A DNA stretch of 64,000 nt from an uncultured Gemmatimonadaceae bacterium (GTDB lineage Bacteria > Gemmatimonadota > Gemmatimonadetes > Gemmatimonadales > Gemmatimonadaceae), in NCBI GenBank assembly GCA_963716745.1, contig OY970320.1, positions 1,920,001 through 1,984,000 of the forward strand, read 5' to 3'. Positions 52,242-62,014 of the stretch are shown here, in pieces (positions within the stretch are counted from its first letter, which is position 1; the number at the start of each line of letters is the position of its first letter). The notes beneath the pieces are model-generated. The model was not told the DNA's origin. It made no database searches and saw only the letters and a program-made list of their open reading frames with translations. A program made the position numbers and the translations under genes.

Positions 52242-52969
52242 CCGTCGTGCCCGCCGCCGGTGAGCGCGAGGAAGATGTCCTCGAGCCCCTGCCCCGCGAG
52301 TTGCGGCTGGCCCGCAACGATCTCGGCGATCGTGCCGATCGCCACGAGTTCGCCGCGCTGGATCACGAGCAGCCGCGTACAGAGCTCTTCGACGAGATGC
52401 AGCAGGTGCGAGCTGAGTAGCACGGCGGCGCCTTCGCGCGCCCGCGCCGCGATGGTCGTGCGCATGCGGCGGATCCCGCCCGGGTCGAGTCCCGTGAGCG
52501 GCTCGTCGAGGATGAGCGCGGATGGGGAGTGCACGAGCCCGCAGGCGATCGCGAGCTTCTGTTTCATTCCGCGCGAGAGTTCCGCGGGCAACGCCGCGCG
52601 CTTGTCGGAGAGCTCGAGCTCGTTGAGCAGTGCCGGGATCCGATGCGAAGCGTCGGCGACACCGTATAGGCGCGCCGTGAAGACGAGGTGCTCCTCGACC
52701 GTGAGGTACTCGAAGAGCTGCGGTTCGTCGGGGATGAATGCCAACAGCGCTTTCGCCCGCTCCGGCTGCCGCGCGAGGTCGAACGATCCGATCTGGATGC
52801 GCCCGCCCGTGGGATTGATGATCCCGGCGAGGGAGCGGAGCGTGGTGGTCTTCCCGGCGCCGTTCGGACCGACGAGTCCGAGCACTTCGCCCGGCGCGAC
52901 GGTGAACGAAAGATTCTTCACGGCGGTGAACTCGCCGTAGCGTTTCGTGAGCGATGCGACTTCGATCAT
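52238..52969 (-). CDS. ABC transporter ATP-binding protein
   Basis: GPNGAGKTT, LSRGMKQK, ILDEP, SSH. Confidence 0.95.
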   Translation of the reverse strand: MIEVASLTKRYGEFTAVKNLSFTVAPGEVLGLVGPNGAGKTTTLRSLAGIINPTGGRIQIGSFDLARQPERAKALLAFIPDEPQLFEYLTVEEHLVFTARLYGVADASHRIPALLNELELSDKRAALPAELSRGMKQKLAIACGLVHSPSALILDEPLTGLDPGGIRRMRTTIAARAREGAAVLLSSHLLHLVEELCTRLLVIQRGELVAIGTIAEIVAGQPQLAGQGLEDIFLALTGGGHDG

Positions 52970-53031
52970 GCGGGAAGTCTGGAGAGCGTGGTGCGCTGTC
53001 GCAATGCGGGCGGCGTGCTAAATTGTGTGCC

Positions 53032-53397
53032 ATGCGTCGCTCGTGGATGCGCGGTGGCAGCGCCGCGCTCATGGTCCTCTGGATGTCCGCTTCCCTCGCG
53101 GAGCGGGCGGGGCTCGACCATTGCCCGCAACACGATCCGCGCGCCGCGGCCGCGCTGCAGCTGTCGCACCACGAGGGGCATCGTGGCCACGAGCACGGCC
53201 AGCACCAGAAGTGCTGCTGCCTCGAGCAGTGTGCGTGCGCGTCGTTCTTCACGCGGCCGGCCGATCTCGCCGTCGCGCCCGTCGCTCGCATCTCGCATTT
53301 CGACACCCCCTCGCTTCGTACTCGCGAGACCCCGCTGCCGCGCGTCGACACGCGCCTCCCATTCGCCAACGGCCCTCCGCACGCGCTCGCCGCGTAA
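53032..53397 (+). CDS. His/Cys-rich leader protein (DUF2946/CruR-like uORF) ending in PFANGPP
   Basis: N-terminal hydrophobic segment, HCPQH, His-rich tract, CCCLEQCAC, Pro-rich C-terminus; directly upstream of a TonB receptor; extended -10 (TG-C-TAAATT) 7 nt before the ATG. Confidence 0.72.
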   Translation: MRRSWMRGGSAALMVLWMSASLAERAGLDHCPQHDPRAAAALQLSHHEGHRGHEHGQHQKCCCLEQCACASFFTRPADLAVAPVARISHFDTPSLRTRETPLPRVDTRLPFANGPPHALAA

Positions 53398-53466
53398 CGC
53401 CGTTCGCGCTGTCGCAGCACTGATCCTCTCGTAAGTCCACTCATCCCCTGCGGAGGGGGAACATCC

Positions 53467-55524
53467 ATGTATACGGTCCGTTCGAACGCCCGCGCGCTCG
53501 CGCTGGGCGCCTTCTTGATCGGCGCGCCCGCAACCGCCGCGCCCGCTCAGCAGCCTGACACGACGAAGCCGCCGGCCGCGGACAGCACGCGCCGCGCGCC
53601 GGCCGATTCATCGCACCATATGGCATCGATGCCGGTGATCCGCGTGGTCGCCGCGCCCACACAGCGCGCCGACGCCGCGAGCAGCGTGATCATCCTTCCC
53701 AGCGCGATCCGCACGGTGCCCGCTACCGACGCTTGGGACATTGTTCGACAGACGGCCGGCGTCGAGGTCCACTTGCAGGGACAAGGGCCCGGGTTCGCCT
53801 CGGACGCGGCGATCCGCGGATTCACGTCCGACCACTCCACCGATGACGCGGCGTTCATCGACGGCGTGCCGCTGAACGAGACAGTGAGCGGTCACGCCGA
53901 GGGCTACGCCGACTGGAACGCCCTCATCCCCGAAGCGGTGAAAAGCGTCGACGTGACGAAGGGGCCCGCGTCGCCGTGGGCCGGGAATTTCGCGATGGGC
54001 GGCACGATGAACGTGATCACGCTGCCGACGAATCTCGGAACCGAGTGGAGCGCTCGCGTCGGTTCCTGGGGCGACGCACGCGTGCAGCTGCTCACCGGCA
54101 GCGAGGACGCGGACGGGGGCTGGATGTTCGCGGGCGACCTGCAGCGATCGGATGGCTGGCGCGACAACAGCCAGGAGGCGCTGGGCCATGTGATGGTCAC
54201 CAGACAGTGGTTCGTGCCGGGAGCGCAGACGTACACGCTCGCGGTGAGCGGCTACGGCGGCGGCTGGCATTCGCCGGGATACCTCAGCGACTCGCAGTAC
54301 AAAGCAGGCGACCTCACCCCTGCCACGAACACCACCGACGGCGGGAACGAGGGCTTCGGCACGGTGCGCTTCTCGATGGAGCGTCCGGCGTGGGACGGCA
54401 CGCTCACGTCGACGTTGTATGCGCACGGGGGCACGTGGCACATCTTCCTCACGATCCCGCCGGAAGGAGGGATCGGCGAGGGCGTGCAGTCGCAGACCGA
54501 GGAACTCGACCAGCGATTCGGCCTGGGCGGTACCACGCGCTGGGCGAAACAATTCGGCGCCACGCACTTGGAAATCGGACTCGATTACCGCGTGGTGGAG
54601 GCGCAATACCAGCGCTACTACACGACCGACCGCGTGCGTGACTCGATATTCCTGTTCGATGAGACGCCCGCCAACCTGAGCGCGCTGTATGCCGGCATCG
54701 CGCCCATCGTCGAAGCGCACTGGGATGTGACGCGCGACTTGAGTCTCGGACTCGGCGGCCGCCTCGACTGGATCGACTATGGCACCAAACAACGCAGCGG
54801 CGGCCCGACGACCACCGACGGGCAGTGGGTCGGCTCACCGAAGCTCAGCGCGATCTACCGGTTCACCGGCAAGCTCTCCGCGTACGTCTCATTCAACGGC
54901 GGGTATCGGTCGAGCGACGGCGCGATCGTCACGCCGTCGCTGCCGCCAGCGATCGAGCGCGCGAGTGAGCTGGGCGTGCGCTACACCGGCCAGCGACTTG
55001 AAGGATCCGTGGCGCTGTTCCTCATCAACGTGAGCAATCAGCAGACCGTGGACCCGATCACGCTGCAGCCGAGCTCGGGCGGCACGACGCGTCAGCAAGG
55101 CGTGGAGCTCGACGGACGCGTCGGGATCCTGCGTTGGCTCTCGGTGTTCGCGCACGCGACCGTGAACGATGCGCACTACGTGCATCTCGTGACGGAGGAT
55201 GGCACCGATCTCTCCGGATCGCCGGTGTTCCAGGTAGCGAAGTCCACCGTGCAGTTCGGATTGGACCTGCAACACGGTGCATTCGCCGGTTCGATCTGGG
55301 CCGCCTACACCGGGCCCTGGACGCCGGTGAATCAGGTGGGAGTGCTCACGTCGCCGTATACGCTGCTGAACATTCGCGGCGTGTTCCCGGTGGTCGGCGA
55401 TTGGAGCGGCGCGGTGGGCGTTCAGAATATCCTCGACCAGAAGTACGTCGAGACGCAGGCGAGCGGGTTTATCAGCCCGGGCACCCCGCGCCAGCTGCTT
55501 CTGACCATCCGGCACGGGTTCTAA
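53467..55524 (+). CDS. TonB-dependent outer-membrane receptor
   Basis: Signal peptide; plug motifs IRGF, IDGVPLN, V.KGP...G.FA.GG; NILDQKY...PG.PR; C-terminal Phe. Confidence 0.92.
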   Translation: MYTVRSNARALALGAFLIGAPATAAPAQQPDTTKPPAADSTRRAPADSSHHMASMPVIRVVAAPTQRADAASSVIILPSAIRTVPATDAWDIVRQTAGVEVHLQGQGPGFASDAAIRGFTSDHSTDDAAFIDGVPLNETVSGHAEGYADWNALIPEAVKSVDVTKGPASPWAGNFAMGGTMNVITLPTNLGTEWSARVGSWGDARVQLLTGSEDADGGWMFAGDLQRSDGWRDNSQEALGHVMVTRQWFVPGAQTYTLAVSGYGGGWHSPGYLSDSQYKAGDLTPATNTTDGGNEGFGTVRFSMERPAWDGTLTSTLYAHGGTWHIFLTIPPEGGIGEGVQSQTEELDQRFGLGGTTRWAKQFGATHLEIGLDYRVVEAQYQRYYTTDRVRDSIFLFDETPANLSALYAGIAPIVEAHWDVTRDLSLGLGGRLDWIDYGTKQRSGGPTTTDGQWVGSPKLSAIYRFTGKLSAYVSFNGGYRSSDGAIVTPSLPPAIERASELGVRYTGQRLEGSVALFLINVSNQQTVDPITLQPSSGGTTRQQGVELDGRVGILRWLSVFAHATVNDAHYVHLVTEDGTDLSGSPVFQVAKSTVQFGLDLQHGAFAGSIWAAYTGPWTPVNQVGVLTSPYTLLNIRGVFPVVGDWSGAVGVQNILDQKYVETQASGFISPGTPRQLLLTIRHGF

Positions 55525-55530
55525 CCGGTA

Positions 55531-55550
55531 AAGTCACCATGTAGTGACTT
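55531..55550. promoter_or_regulatory. Palindromic operator copy at the 3' end of tetR
   Basis: AAGTCAC-CATGTA-GTGACTT. Confidence 0.65.
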
Positions 55551-56157
55551 ACTGATCGGCAGGGCCGAGTAGCGCGCTCACGATATTCGTGAGCGCGCGC
55601 TCGATCCGGCGCCACTCATCGTCGCGGCGCGGTTCCAGCGCGCCGACCGATGCGCCGGGCGCGGCATGCAATGCGAGATGCGTCATCGCGGCGGCCAACA
55701 GCGCGACGATCGCATCGAGATCGACGAACGCGGGAAGCCGGTGGCGTTCGCGCAGCGCCGCGACGATCGCTCGCGCATGCTCAGCTCGCGCCGCGGTGAT
55801 GTCCCGCGCCAGCTCATCGTTCTCCGCCAAGCTCCACACCACGGCTCGCCTCGCGAGCGGGCTCGCGCGCAATTCGCGCGCCGCATCGAGGAGCATCGCG
55901 GTCAGCTCTCGCGAGAGCGACGCGTCGGTCTCCTCCGTGCTTCGCAGCGCGTCCGAATCCGGCCACAGCCGCCGCTCGCGCGCGAGCGCGCGCATGAGCT
56001 GCGCGCGGCCGCCGAAATATCGATAGATGAGCACCTTATCGACGCCGGCCGCGGCGGCCACGGCGTTGATGCGCACTGCCCCGACACCCTGCCGCGTAAG
56101 CAGCTGCTCCGCCGCCGCCAAGATCCGCGCGCGAGTGGCTTCCCTGTCCCGAGGCAT
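55549..56157 (-). CDS. TetR/AcrR family regulator
   Basis: RDREATRARILAAA...INAVAAAAGVDKVLIYRYFG; ATG 56157 lies 7 nt after TATATT. Confidence 0.9.
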   Translation of the reverse strand: MPRDREATRARILAAAEQLLTRQGVGAVRINAVAAAAGVDKVLIYRYFGGRAQLMRALARERRLWPDSDALRSTEETDASLSRELTAMLLDAARELRASPLARRAVVWSLAENDELARDITAARAEHARAIVAALRERHRLPAFVDLDAIVALLAAAMTHLALHAAPGASVGALEPRRDDEWRRIERALTNIVSALLGPADQ

Positions 56158-56164
56158 GTCGGTC

Positions 56165-56218
56165 AATATAAGTCACTGTTCAGTGACTAATCAATATATT
56201 GTCACCAATAGGTGACTT
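56165..56218. promoter_or_regulatory. tetR promoter with two palindromic operators
   Basis: AGTCAC-TGTTCA-GTGACT (56171-56188) and GTCAC-CAATAG-GTGAC (56201-56216); minus-strand TTGATT-N18-TATATT. Confidence 0.75.
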
Positions 56219-56315
56219 ACTGGAAGCCTCACGGCGCGTTGGTTGCGTAGTTGGGCGCTCGTTCGCCCGCGACAGTCGACAGCCCACAGCCGATGCCCGT
56301 ACTTGCTCTTAAGCA

Positions 56316-56343
56316 TTGCCCCCGGCCGCGTTTACCCTATTAT
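56316..56343 (+). promoter_or_regulatory. Putative sigma70 promoter of the HEAT/HD-GYP cluster
   Basis: TTGCCC-N16-TATTAT. Confidence 0.45.
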
Positions 56344-56428
56344 CCCCTCGGCGGTTGCCTTTCGTCCGGCCCCGTGTCCTTGCGGTACATGGTGAAAATG
56401 TCCGCTTTTCGCTCGCGAGACTGACCCA

Positions 56429-58540
56429 GTGAGCCACCCGACCGCCACACCCGCCACGGGCGTACCCGCCACGGGCGCAGCCGCAACCGGTTCGATCGAC
56501 AAGCGACTCACCGATTTCCTCCTGGATTTCGGAGTCGCGGTGCAGAAGCATGCGATCTACCCGGCCGGACACCCGCAGCTCACCGCGGCGGTCGAGCGCG
56601 TCATGCGGCGCCTGGATGCGGCGATGGCCAGCAATCGCTCGATCTCGCTGGGCATCGCGCGCACGCAGGTCGTGATCGAGGGGATCGCGACGGATCCCAA
56701 CAACTCGCTCATGAAGGAACTGGCGCAGCGCTTCCACCGGCATCGCCTGGGCTCGATCACGATCAGTCCCGAAGTGTTGCGCGATGAGCTCGCCGACTTC
56801 CTCGTCGCGTCGTCGAAAGACGAGGACCAGGGTCCGCAGATCGCGCTCGCCGCGCAAACGGAACGGTGGCCGCACATCGCTCTGACGTCGGTCGTGTACG
56901 ACAAGCTCGAACTCATGGGCGAGGACAGCGGCCTCACGGACGACGAGGCGAAGCGTGCCGGTGCAAAGCTGATCTGGATCGCGCTCGCCCGCGCGACGCT
57001 CATGCTCGCCGAGGGGATGGCCACGGATGATCTGCTCGATCCGATGACGCTCGCCAGCGCGCTCAACGACAAGAAGGACGACCCCGCGTACGACCAGACG
57101 ATCGTCAGCGCGCTCATGTCGATCACCGAAGCGCTCAAGGGTGCGCAAGGCGAAGAGGCAACGGAGACAGCCGGCAAGATGGCCGAGTTGCTCAAGACGC
57201 TCGCCCCCGAAACGCTCGACCGCCTCATGGAAATGGGCGGCGACGTGGAGCAGCGGAAGCGGTTCGTGCTCGACGCGTCGCAGACGCTCGCGGCCGAAGC
57301 GGTGCTCGTGCTCGTGCAGTCGGCCGCGAAAGCATCCAAACAGACGATCTCGCACACAATGCTGCGGCTCATCGGCAAGCTTGCGCTGCAGGCGGAGAAG
57401 GGCGGCTCGGTGATGCGCGCGGGCGCGAGCCGCGCGCTCAAGGACCAGGTGGAACAACTCGCCGACGACTGGGATCCGCGCCGGCTCAATCCCGACAGCT
57501 ACCAGGATGCGCTCGACCGCATGGCGCAGCGCCGCGTGTTCACGCTCATGCTGCAGCGCCAGCATCCCTGCGAACCGAAGCGCCTCGTGGCCACGTCGCT
57601 CGAGACGGACACGCTCGGCGCGCCCGTCTGGCTGGCGGTGAACCAGTTGATCTCGCACGGCGGCATCGCGATGCTGCTCGACCTCCTGGACCGCGCGCCG
57701 CAGGGCAGCAAAGTAGCCGAGGAACTTTGGCCGCTCGTGGCGACGCCGGAGAATCTGCGCCACCTGCTGCGCGAAGAGCAGATCGACCCGGGGCTCCTCG
57801 AGCGCATCACGTCGCGCATGGGCCTCGACGTCGTCGAGCTGCTCCTGGAAGGACTCGAGACGAGCGAGACGCGCACGATGCGCCGGAAGCTCCTCGACCT
57901 GCTCGCGAAGTTCGGCTCCGACGTGGGCCCGATGGTGATGAAGCGCCTCGAGCAGGAGGACACGCCGTGGTACGTGCAGCGCAATCTGCTCACGCTGCTG
58001 CAGATGCTGCCGTCGATCCCGGACGAGTTCCAGCCGCAGAAATACATGACGCACGGCGACGAGCGGGTGCGGCGCGAGGCGCTCAAGCTCCTGCTGCGCC
58101 TGCCGAAGCTCCGCGCGCAGACGATCATCGCCGCGCTCGGCGATCGCGACGACAACATCGTGAAGCTCGCGATGCAGGCCGCGCTGGAGGATTGCCCACG
58201 CCCGGCGCTGCCGCTCCTCGTGCGGCACGTGCAGCGCAAGTCGATCTCGCCGGAACTTCGCGCGCTCGGCCTCCGCGTGATCGGCGCGGCGCACGACCCC
58301 GCGACGCTCGAGTGGCTGCTCGCGTTCGCCGTGACCAAGACGCGTTTCCTGCGCCGCGACAAGCTCGTGCCCAAGTCGCCGGAGATGCTCGCGGCGCTGA
58401 GCGGACTCGCCAGCGGCTGGAGCGACGATCCGGCGGTGCAGCCGGTGCTCGACCTCGGTCAGAAATCGAAGGATCTCGAGATCCGCGCGGCCGCGACGGC
58501 GCGCCGGAGGCCCAGTGATCGAACCAATTCGATTCCTTAA
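56429..58540 (+). CDS. HEAT-repeat protein with N-terminal YPxxHP domain (copy 1)
   Basis: PWYVQRNLL, HGDERVRREAL, ALGDRDDNIV HEAT-like repeats. Confidence 0.85.
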   Translation: MSHPTATPATGVPATGAAATGSIDKRLTDFLLDFGVAVQKHAIYPAGHPQLTAAVERVMRRLDAAMASNRSISLGIARTQVVIEGIATDPNNSLMKELAQRFHRHRLGSITISPEVLRDELADFLVASSKDEDQGPQIALAAQTERWPHIALTSVVYDKLELMGEDSGLTDDEAKRAGAKLIWIALARATLMLAEGMATDDLLDPMTLASALNDKKDDPAYDQTIVSALMSITEALKGAQGEEATETAGKMAELLKTLAPETLDRLMEMGGDVEQRKRFVLDASQTLAAEAVLVLVQSAAKASKQTISHTMLRLIGKLALQAEKGGSVMRAGASRALKDQVEQLADDWDPRRLNPDSYQDALDRMAQRRVFTLMLQRQHPCEPKRLVATSLETDTLGAPVWLAVNQLISHGGIAMLLDLLDRAPQGSKVAEELWPLVATPENLRHLLREEQIDPGLLERITSRMGLDVVELLLEGLETSETRTMRRKLLDLLAKFGSDVGPMVMKRLEQEDTPWYVQRNLLTLLQMLPSIPDEFQPQKYMTHGDERVRREALKLLLRLPKLRAQTIIAALGDRDDNIVKLAMQAALEDCPRPALPLLVRHVQRKSISPELRALGLRVIGAAHDPATLEWLLAFAVTKTRFLRRDKLVPKSPEMLAALSGLASGWSDDPAVQPVLDLGQKSKDLEIRAAATARRRPSDRTNSIP

Positions 58541-59819
58541 CGCCTTCGGCAAGACGCTCGCCGCGATGGCGCTGTACTCGCCATCGCATCCGGCGCGCGC
58601 GAAATCCACCGCCGCGGCGCTGGAGATCATCCAGAAGCTCCAGCGCACCGAGAATGAGATCAAATTCTCCTTCCTCGGCGACGAAGTCGTGTTCCAGAAC
58701 AAGTCGCTGAAGGAACTCCGCGACTGGGAATGGTCCGACCGCTTCACGCGAAACGGCATCCAGCGATTGGAGTTCGTCGCCGAGGTCACGAAGGAGGAGT
58801 TCGACGACTTCCTCTTCGAGATCATGACGCTGATCACGCCCGGCTGGATCGATCCGCGCCACACGCAGCGCGCGGAAGGCTCCGAGTACAAGGCGATCCG
58901 CTTCGGCGCGATCGGCATCCGCGGCGACCAGGAACAATTCCTCACCGACCCGCTCCCCATCCTCGGGATGAACTTCCCGCTGGACGAGGAGATCGAGACG
59001 ATCGGCACGATCTTCACCGACGTCGAGGCGGGGCGTCCGCTGCCCGCCGCCGAGATCGAAGCGGTGGTGAGCTCGCTCTCGGTGGCGATGCACGGCGACA
59101 GCGAGATCATGATGCCGCTGTTGCAGCTCAAGGAGTTCGATCAGTACACTACGGCGCACTCGCTGAACGTGTCGGTGCTGGTGATGGGGCTCGCCGAGTT
59201 CCTGGGGCTGGGCGGCCGCGATACGCGCGCGATCGGCGTCGCCGGGCTGCTGCGCGACGTCGGCATGACGCGGGTGCCGAAGGAGATCGTCTCCAAAGCG
59301 GGGCCGCCCACCGAGGAAGAATGGGCGTTGCTGCGGATCCATCCGGCGGAGGGAGCGAAGATCATCCTGGGCAGCGAGCCGCAGCTGGATCTCGCGGCGG
59401 TGGTCGCGTTCGAACACCATATGCTGCCAGGCGGCGGCGGCTATCCCAAGACGCACTTCGAGCGGGATCTCCATTTCGCCAGCAAGCTGGTGCAAGTCTG
59501 CGATTGCTACGACGCGCTGCGCACGCGGCGCTTCCATCGCGGCGCATGGACTCCCGAGAGCGCCCTCCGCTACGTGGAGGAGAAGGCCGGCACGGTCTTC
59601 GACGCCGACATCTCGAAGTCCTTCATCACGATGATGCGCCGCTGGGAGCGCCGGATCATGCCCTTCGACGAGGGGCAGGCGATCACGCCGCCGGCGCGCG
59701 TCTCGGGCGAGGTGCCGATCCAGAACGAGCCCTACCGGCGCGGTACGCCCGGGGCAGGGGTCCCCCACATCGGTGGCCGGCCGGCCACCCCCAAGGGGAG
59801 CGGCATCATCCGGTCGTGA
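58515..59819 (+). CDS. HD-GYP domain protein, HD changed to RD (copy 1)
   Basis: DQYTTAHS, LLRDVG, HPAEGA, EHHM..GGGGYP, CDCYDAL. Confidence 0.88.
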   Translation: MIEPIRFLNAFGKTLAAMALYSPSHPARAKSTAAALEIIQKLQRTENEIKFSFLGDEVVFQNKSLKELRDWEWSDRFTRNGIQRLEFVAEVTKEEFDDFLFEIMTLITPGWIDPRHTQRAEGSEYKAIRFGAIGIRGDQEQFLTDPLPILGMNFPLDEEIETIGTIFTDVEAGRPLPAAEIEAVVSSLSVAMHGDSEIMMPLLQLKEFDQYTTAHSLNVSVLVMGLAEFLGLGGRDTRAIGVAGLLRDVGMTRVPKEIVSKAGPPTEEEWALLRIHPAEGAKIILGSEPQLDLAAVVAFEHHMLPGGGGYPKTHFERDLHFASKLVQVCDCYDALRTRRFHRGAWTPESALRYVEEKAGTVFDADISKSFITMMRRWERRIMPFDEGQAITPPARVSGEVPIQNEPYRRGTPGAGVPHIGGRPATPKGSGIIRS

Positions 59820-59902
59820 CGTGACCGAGGGGCAGACGGTCAGATTCTGAGGGGGAGAACGCCCCCTTTTTCGAGTCGTCCACACCCGTCGCCCACCGCC
59901 GC

Positions 59903-62014
59903 GTGCCCACTACCCAGGCCAGCGCCGACGCACCCGCGCTGCCGCGTGAACTGACCGAATTCCTCGTGGAGCTGTCGACTGCGCTCCACAAGTACACCAT
60001 GTACCCGGACGGGCACCCGCTGCTCGAGACGGCCGCGACGGGCATCGCGCGCCGCCTGAAGCCGATCCTCGCCGAGCGTCCGACATTCTCGATCGGGGTG
60101 GCGCGCGACCATCTGCTCATTGACGGCATGCCGACGGATCGCAACGTCGCCGTGCTGCGGGAACTCGCCGTGAAGCTCTACCGGCGTGAGATCGGCGGCG
60201 TGCGCATCCACGAAGGCGTGGAGGACGTCGAGCTCGTCGAAGTCATGAAGACGGTCGCGCGCGATGGCTCCAAGGCAGGCGAGCGGAACTCGGCCAAGAT
60301 CGCGGCGGTGAAGGATGGGGAGGAGCCCGCGGCGGTCGCGGTACCGGCGCGCGAATGGCCGCATATCCGCCTCCTGCCGCTCTCGTACGACCAGCTCGAG
60401 TTGCAGGACGCGAACGCGAGCCCCGACGACCCGGAGCGCGGCAGCTGGGCGACACAGCTGTGGACGCGGCTCGCGCGCTCGGCGGTCGGCACGGAGATGG
60501 GCGGCGCGATCACGGTGCCCGATTTCACCGGCGATCCGCTCGCGCTCGCCAGCGCCATCGAGCGTCGTGAGAACGACCCTGAATTCGACAAGGGTATCCT
60601 GGGGATGTTCGGCTCGTTCATGGACGAGATCCGGAACAAGGGCGGGCAGGCGGCGAAGGCGCTGCAATCGCGCGTCTCGAATCTCATCGGCAGCCTCACG
60701 CCGCAGACGCTGCAGCGCATCCTCAAGGTCAACACTAATTGGGCGCAGCAGAAGCAGCTGATGCTGAACGCGTCGCACGCGCTCGCGGCCGACACTGTGC
60801 TCGATCTCGCCAAGGCGGTCGCGTCCGCGTCGGCGCACACGATGTCCGAAGCGCTGCTGCTCCTGCTCGCCAAGCTCGCGAAGCACGCCGACAAGGGATC
60901 TCCGGCGCGAAAAGGGAAGGCCGATGCGGCGCTCCGCGAGAACGTGCGCCAGTTGATCAACGACTGGGACCACGCCGCCGAGTTGCCGGAAGAGAACTAT
61001 TGGCAGACGCTCGAGAAACTGATCGCCGAGCCCGCCAAGGAACAAGCGGCGAGCGGCATGTACGACGTGCCAGCTGAACACGTCGTGCAACTCAGTCTCG
61101 AGACGGAGGTCTTCGGCACGACGAGCAAGCACGCGGTGGCGGACATGGTGAAGCGCGGCCAGATCGCCGCGTTGCTCGCGCTCGTGGACGGCACGCCGGA
61201 CGACAACAAGGTCGTGTACACGCTGCGCCGCCATCTCGACAACACGGGCACGATCCGCCGCCTGCTGCGCGACCGCCCGATCGATTTCGAAGTGCTCTAT
61301 CGCCTCGTCTCGCGGGTCGGCTTCCCGGCTGCCGGGGCCCTTCTCGATGCGCTGGAGCAGGAGGATGAGCGCGGCGCTCGGTGGAAACTCTTCGAGATGC
61401 TCACGCAGCTTGGCCCCGAAGTCGGCGATGCCGTCGTGGCGCGCCTGCCCAAGGCGCAGTGGTTCGTGCAGCGCAATCTGCTGCTGCTCATGGGGCGCCT
61501 CACGCAGTGGCCCGCGGGATTCAGCGCCGAGACGTATACGCGCAGTCCCGACGCGCGCGTGCGGCGCGAGGCCTACGCACTGCTGCTGGCCAACGAGAAG
61601 CTTCGCGACAAAGCGATCGCCGACGCCTGTGGCGATGAGGATGAGCGCATCGTGCGCGCCGGCCTGAATGTCGCGGTGGAGCGAGGATGCCCGCGCGACG
61701 CCATGCCTGTGCTCACCGCGCGTCTCGCGGCGCACTCGCTAGAAGGGATGCTGGGCGTGCTCGCGGTGAAGGTGCTGCAGCCGGTGCGGCTGCAGGCGGT
61801 GCTCGACTGCCTGGTCGCAGCGACTCTCGCGCCGAAACGCCGCTTCCAATTCCGCCGGAAGCTCGCACCGAAATCGCCGGTCACAGTGGCGGCGATCGCG
61901 GTGCTGGCGACCAGCTGGAAGCAGGAAGCGGCCGCCCAGAAGGTGCTCGCGATCGCCGCGCGCGAGAGCGACCCCGAGATCCAGGCCGCGTTGCGCGGCG
62001 CGAGGTCCGAATGA
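59903..62014 (+). CDS. HEAT-repeat protein with N-terminal YPxxHP domain (copy 2)
   Basis: Paralog of 56429..58540 (both 703 aa in the ORF track): WFVQRNLL, DARVRREA, PKSP. Confidence 0.85.
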   Translation: MPTTQASADAPALPRELTEFLVELSTALHKYTMYPDGHPLLETAATGIARRLKPILAERPTFSIGVARDHLLIDGMPTDRNVAVLRELAVKLYRREIGGVRIHEGVEDVELVEVMKTVARDGSKAGERNSAKIAAVKDGEEPAAVAVPAREWPHIRLLPLSYDQLELQDANASPDDPERGSWATQLWTRLARSAVGTEMGGAITVPDFTGDPLALASAIERRENDPEFDKGILGMFGSFMDEIRNKGGQAAKALQSRVSNLIGSLTPQTLQRILKVNTNWAQQKQLMLNASHALAADTVLDLAKAVASASAHTMSEALLLLLAKLAKHADKGSPARKGKADAALRENVRQLINDWDHAAELPEENYWQTLEKLIAEPAKEQAASGMYDVPAEHVVQLSLETEVFGTTSKHAVADMVKRGQIAALLALVDGTPDDNKVVYTLRRHLDNTGTIRRLLRDRPIDFEVLYRLVSRVGFPAAGALLDALEQEDERGARWKLFEMLTQLGPEVGDAVVARLPKAQWFVQRNLLLLMGRLTQWPAGFSAETYTRSPDARVRREAYALLLANEKLRDKAIADACGDEDERIVRAGLNVAVERGCPRDAMPVLTARLAAHSLEGMLGVLAVKVLQPVRLQAVLDCLVAATLAPKRRFQFRRKLAPKSPVTVAAIAVLATSWKQEAAAQKVLAIAARESDPEIQAALRGARSE

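Noticed and set aside
50511..53468. 985-aa ORF as a single fused protein
   Set aside because: The real permease starts at 52241; the extension overlaps the ABC ATPase in another frame and the opposite-strand uORF.
56309..59131. 940-aa minus-strand ORF and many other long antisense or alternate-frame ORFs (e.g. 26547..28046, 39167..40738, 59840..61735)
   Set aside because: Shadow ORFs typical of high-GC DNA; they lie opposite well-supported genes and have no motifs.
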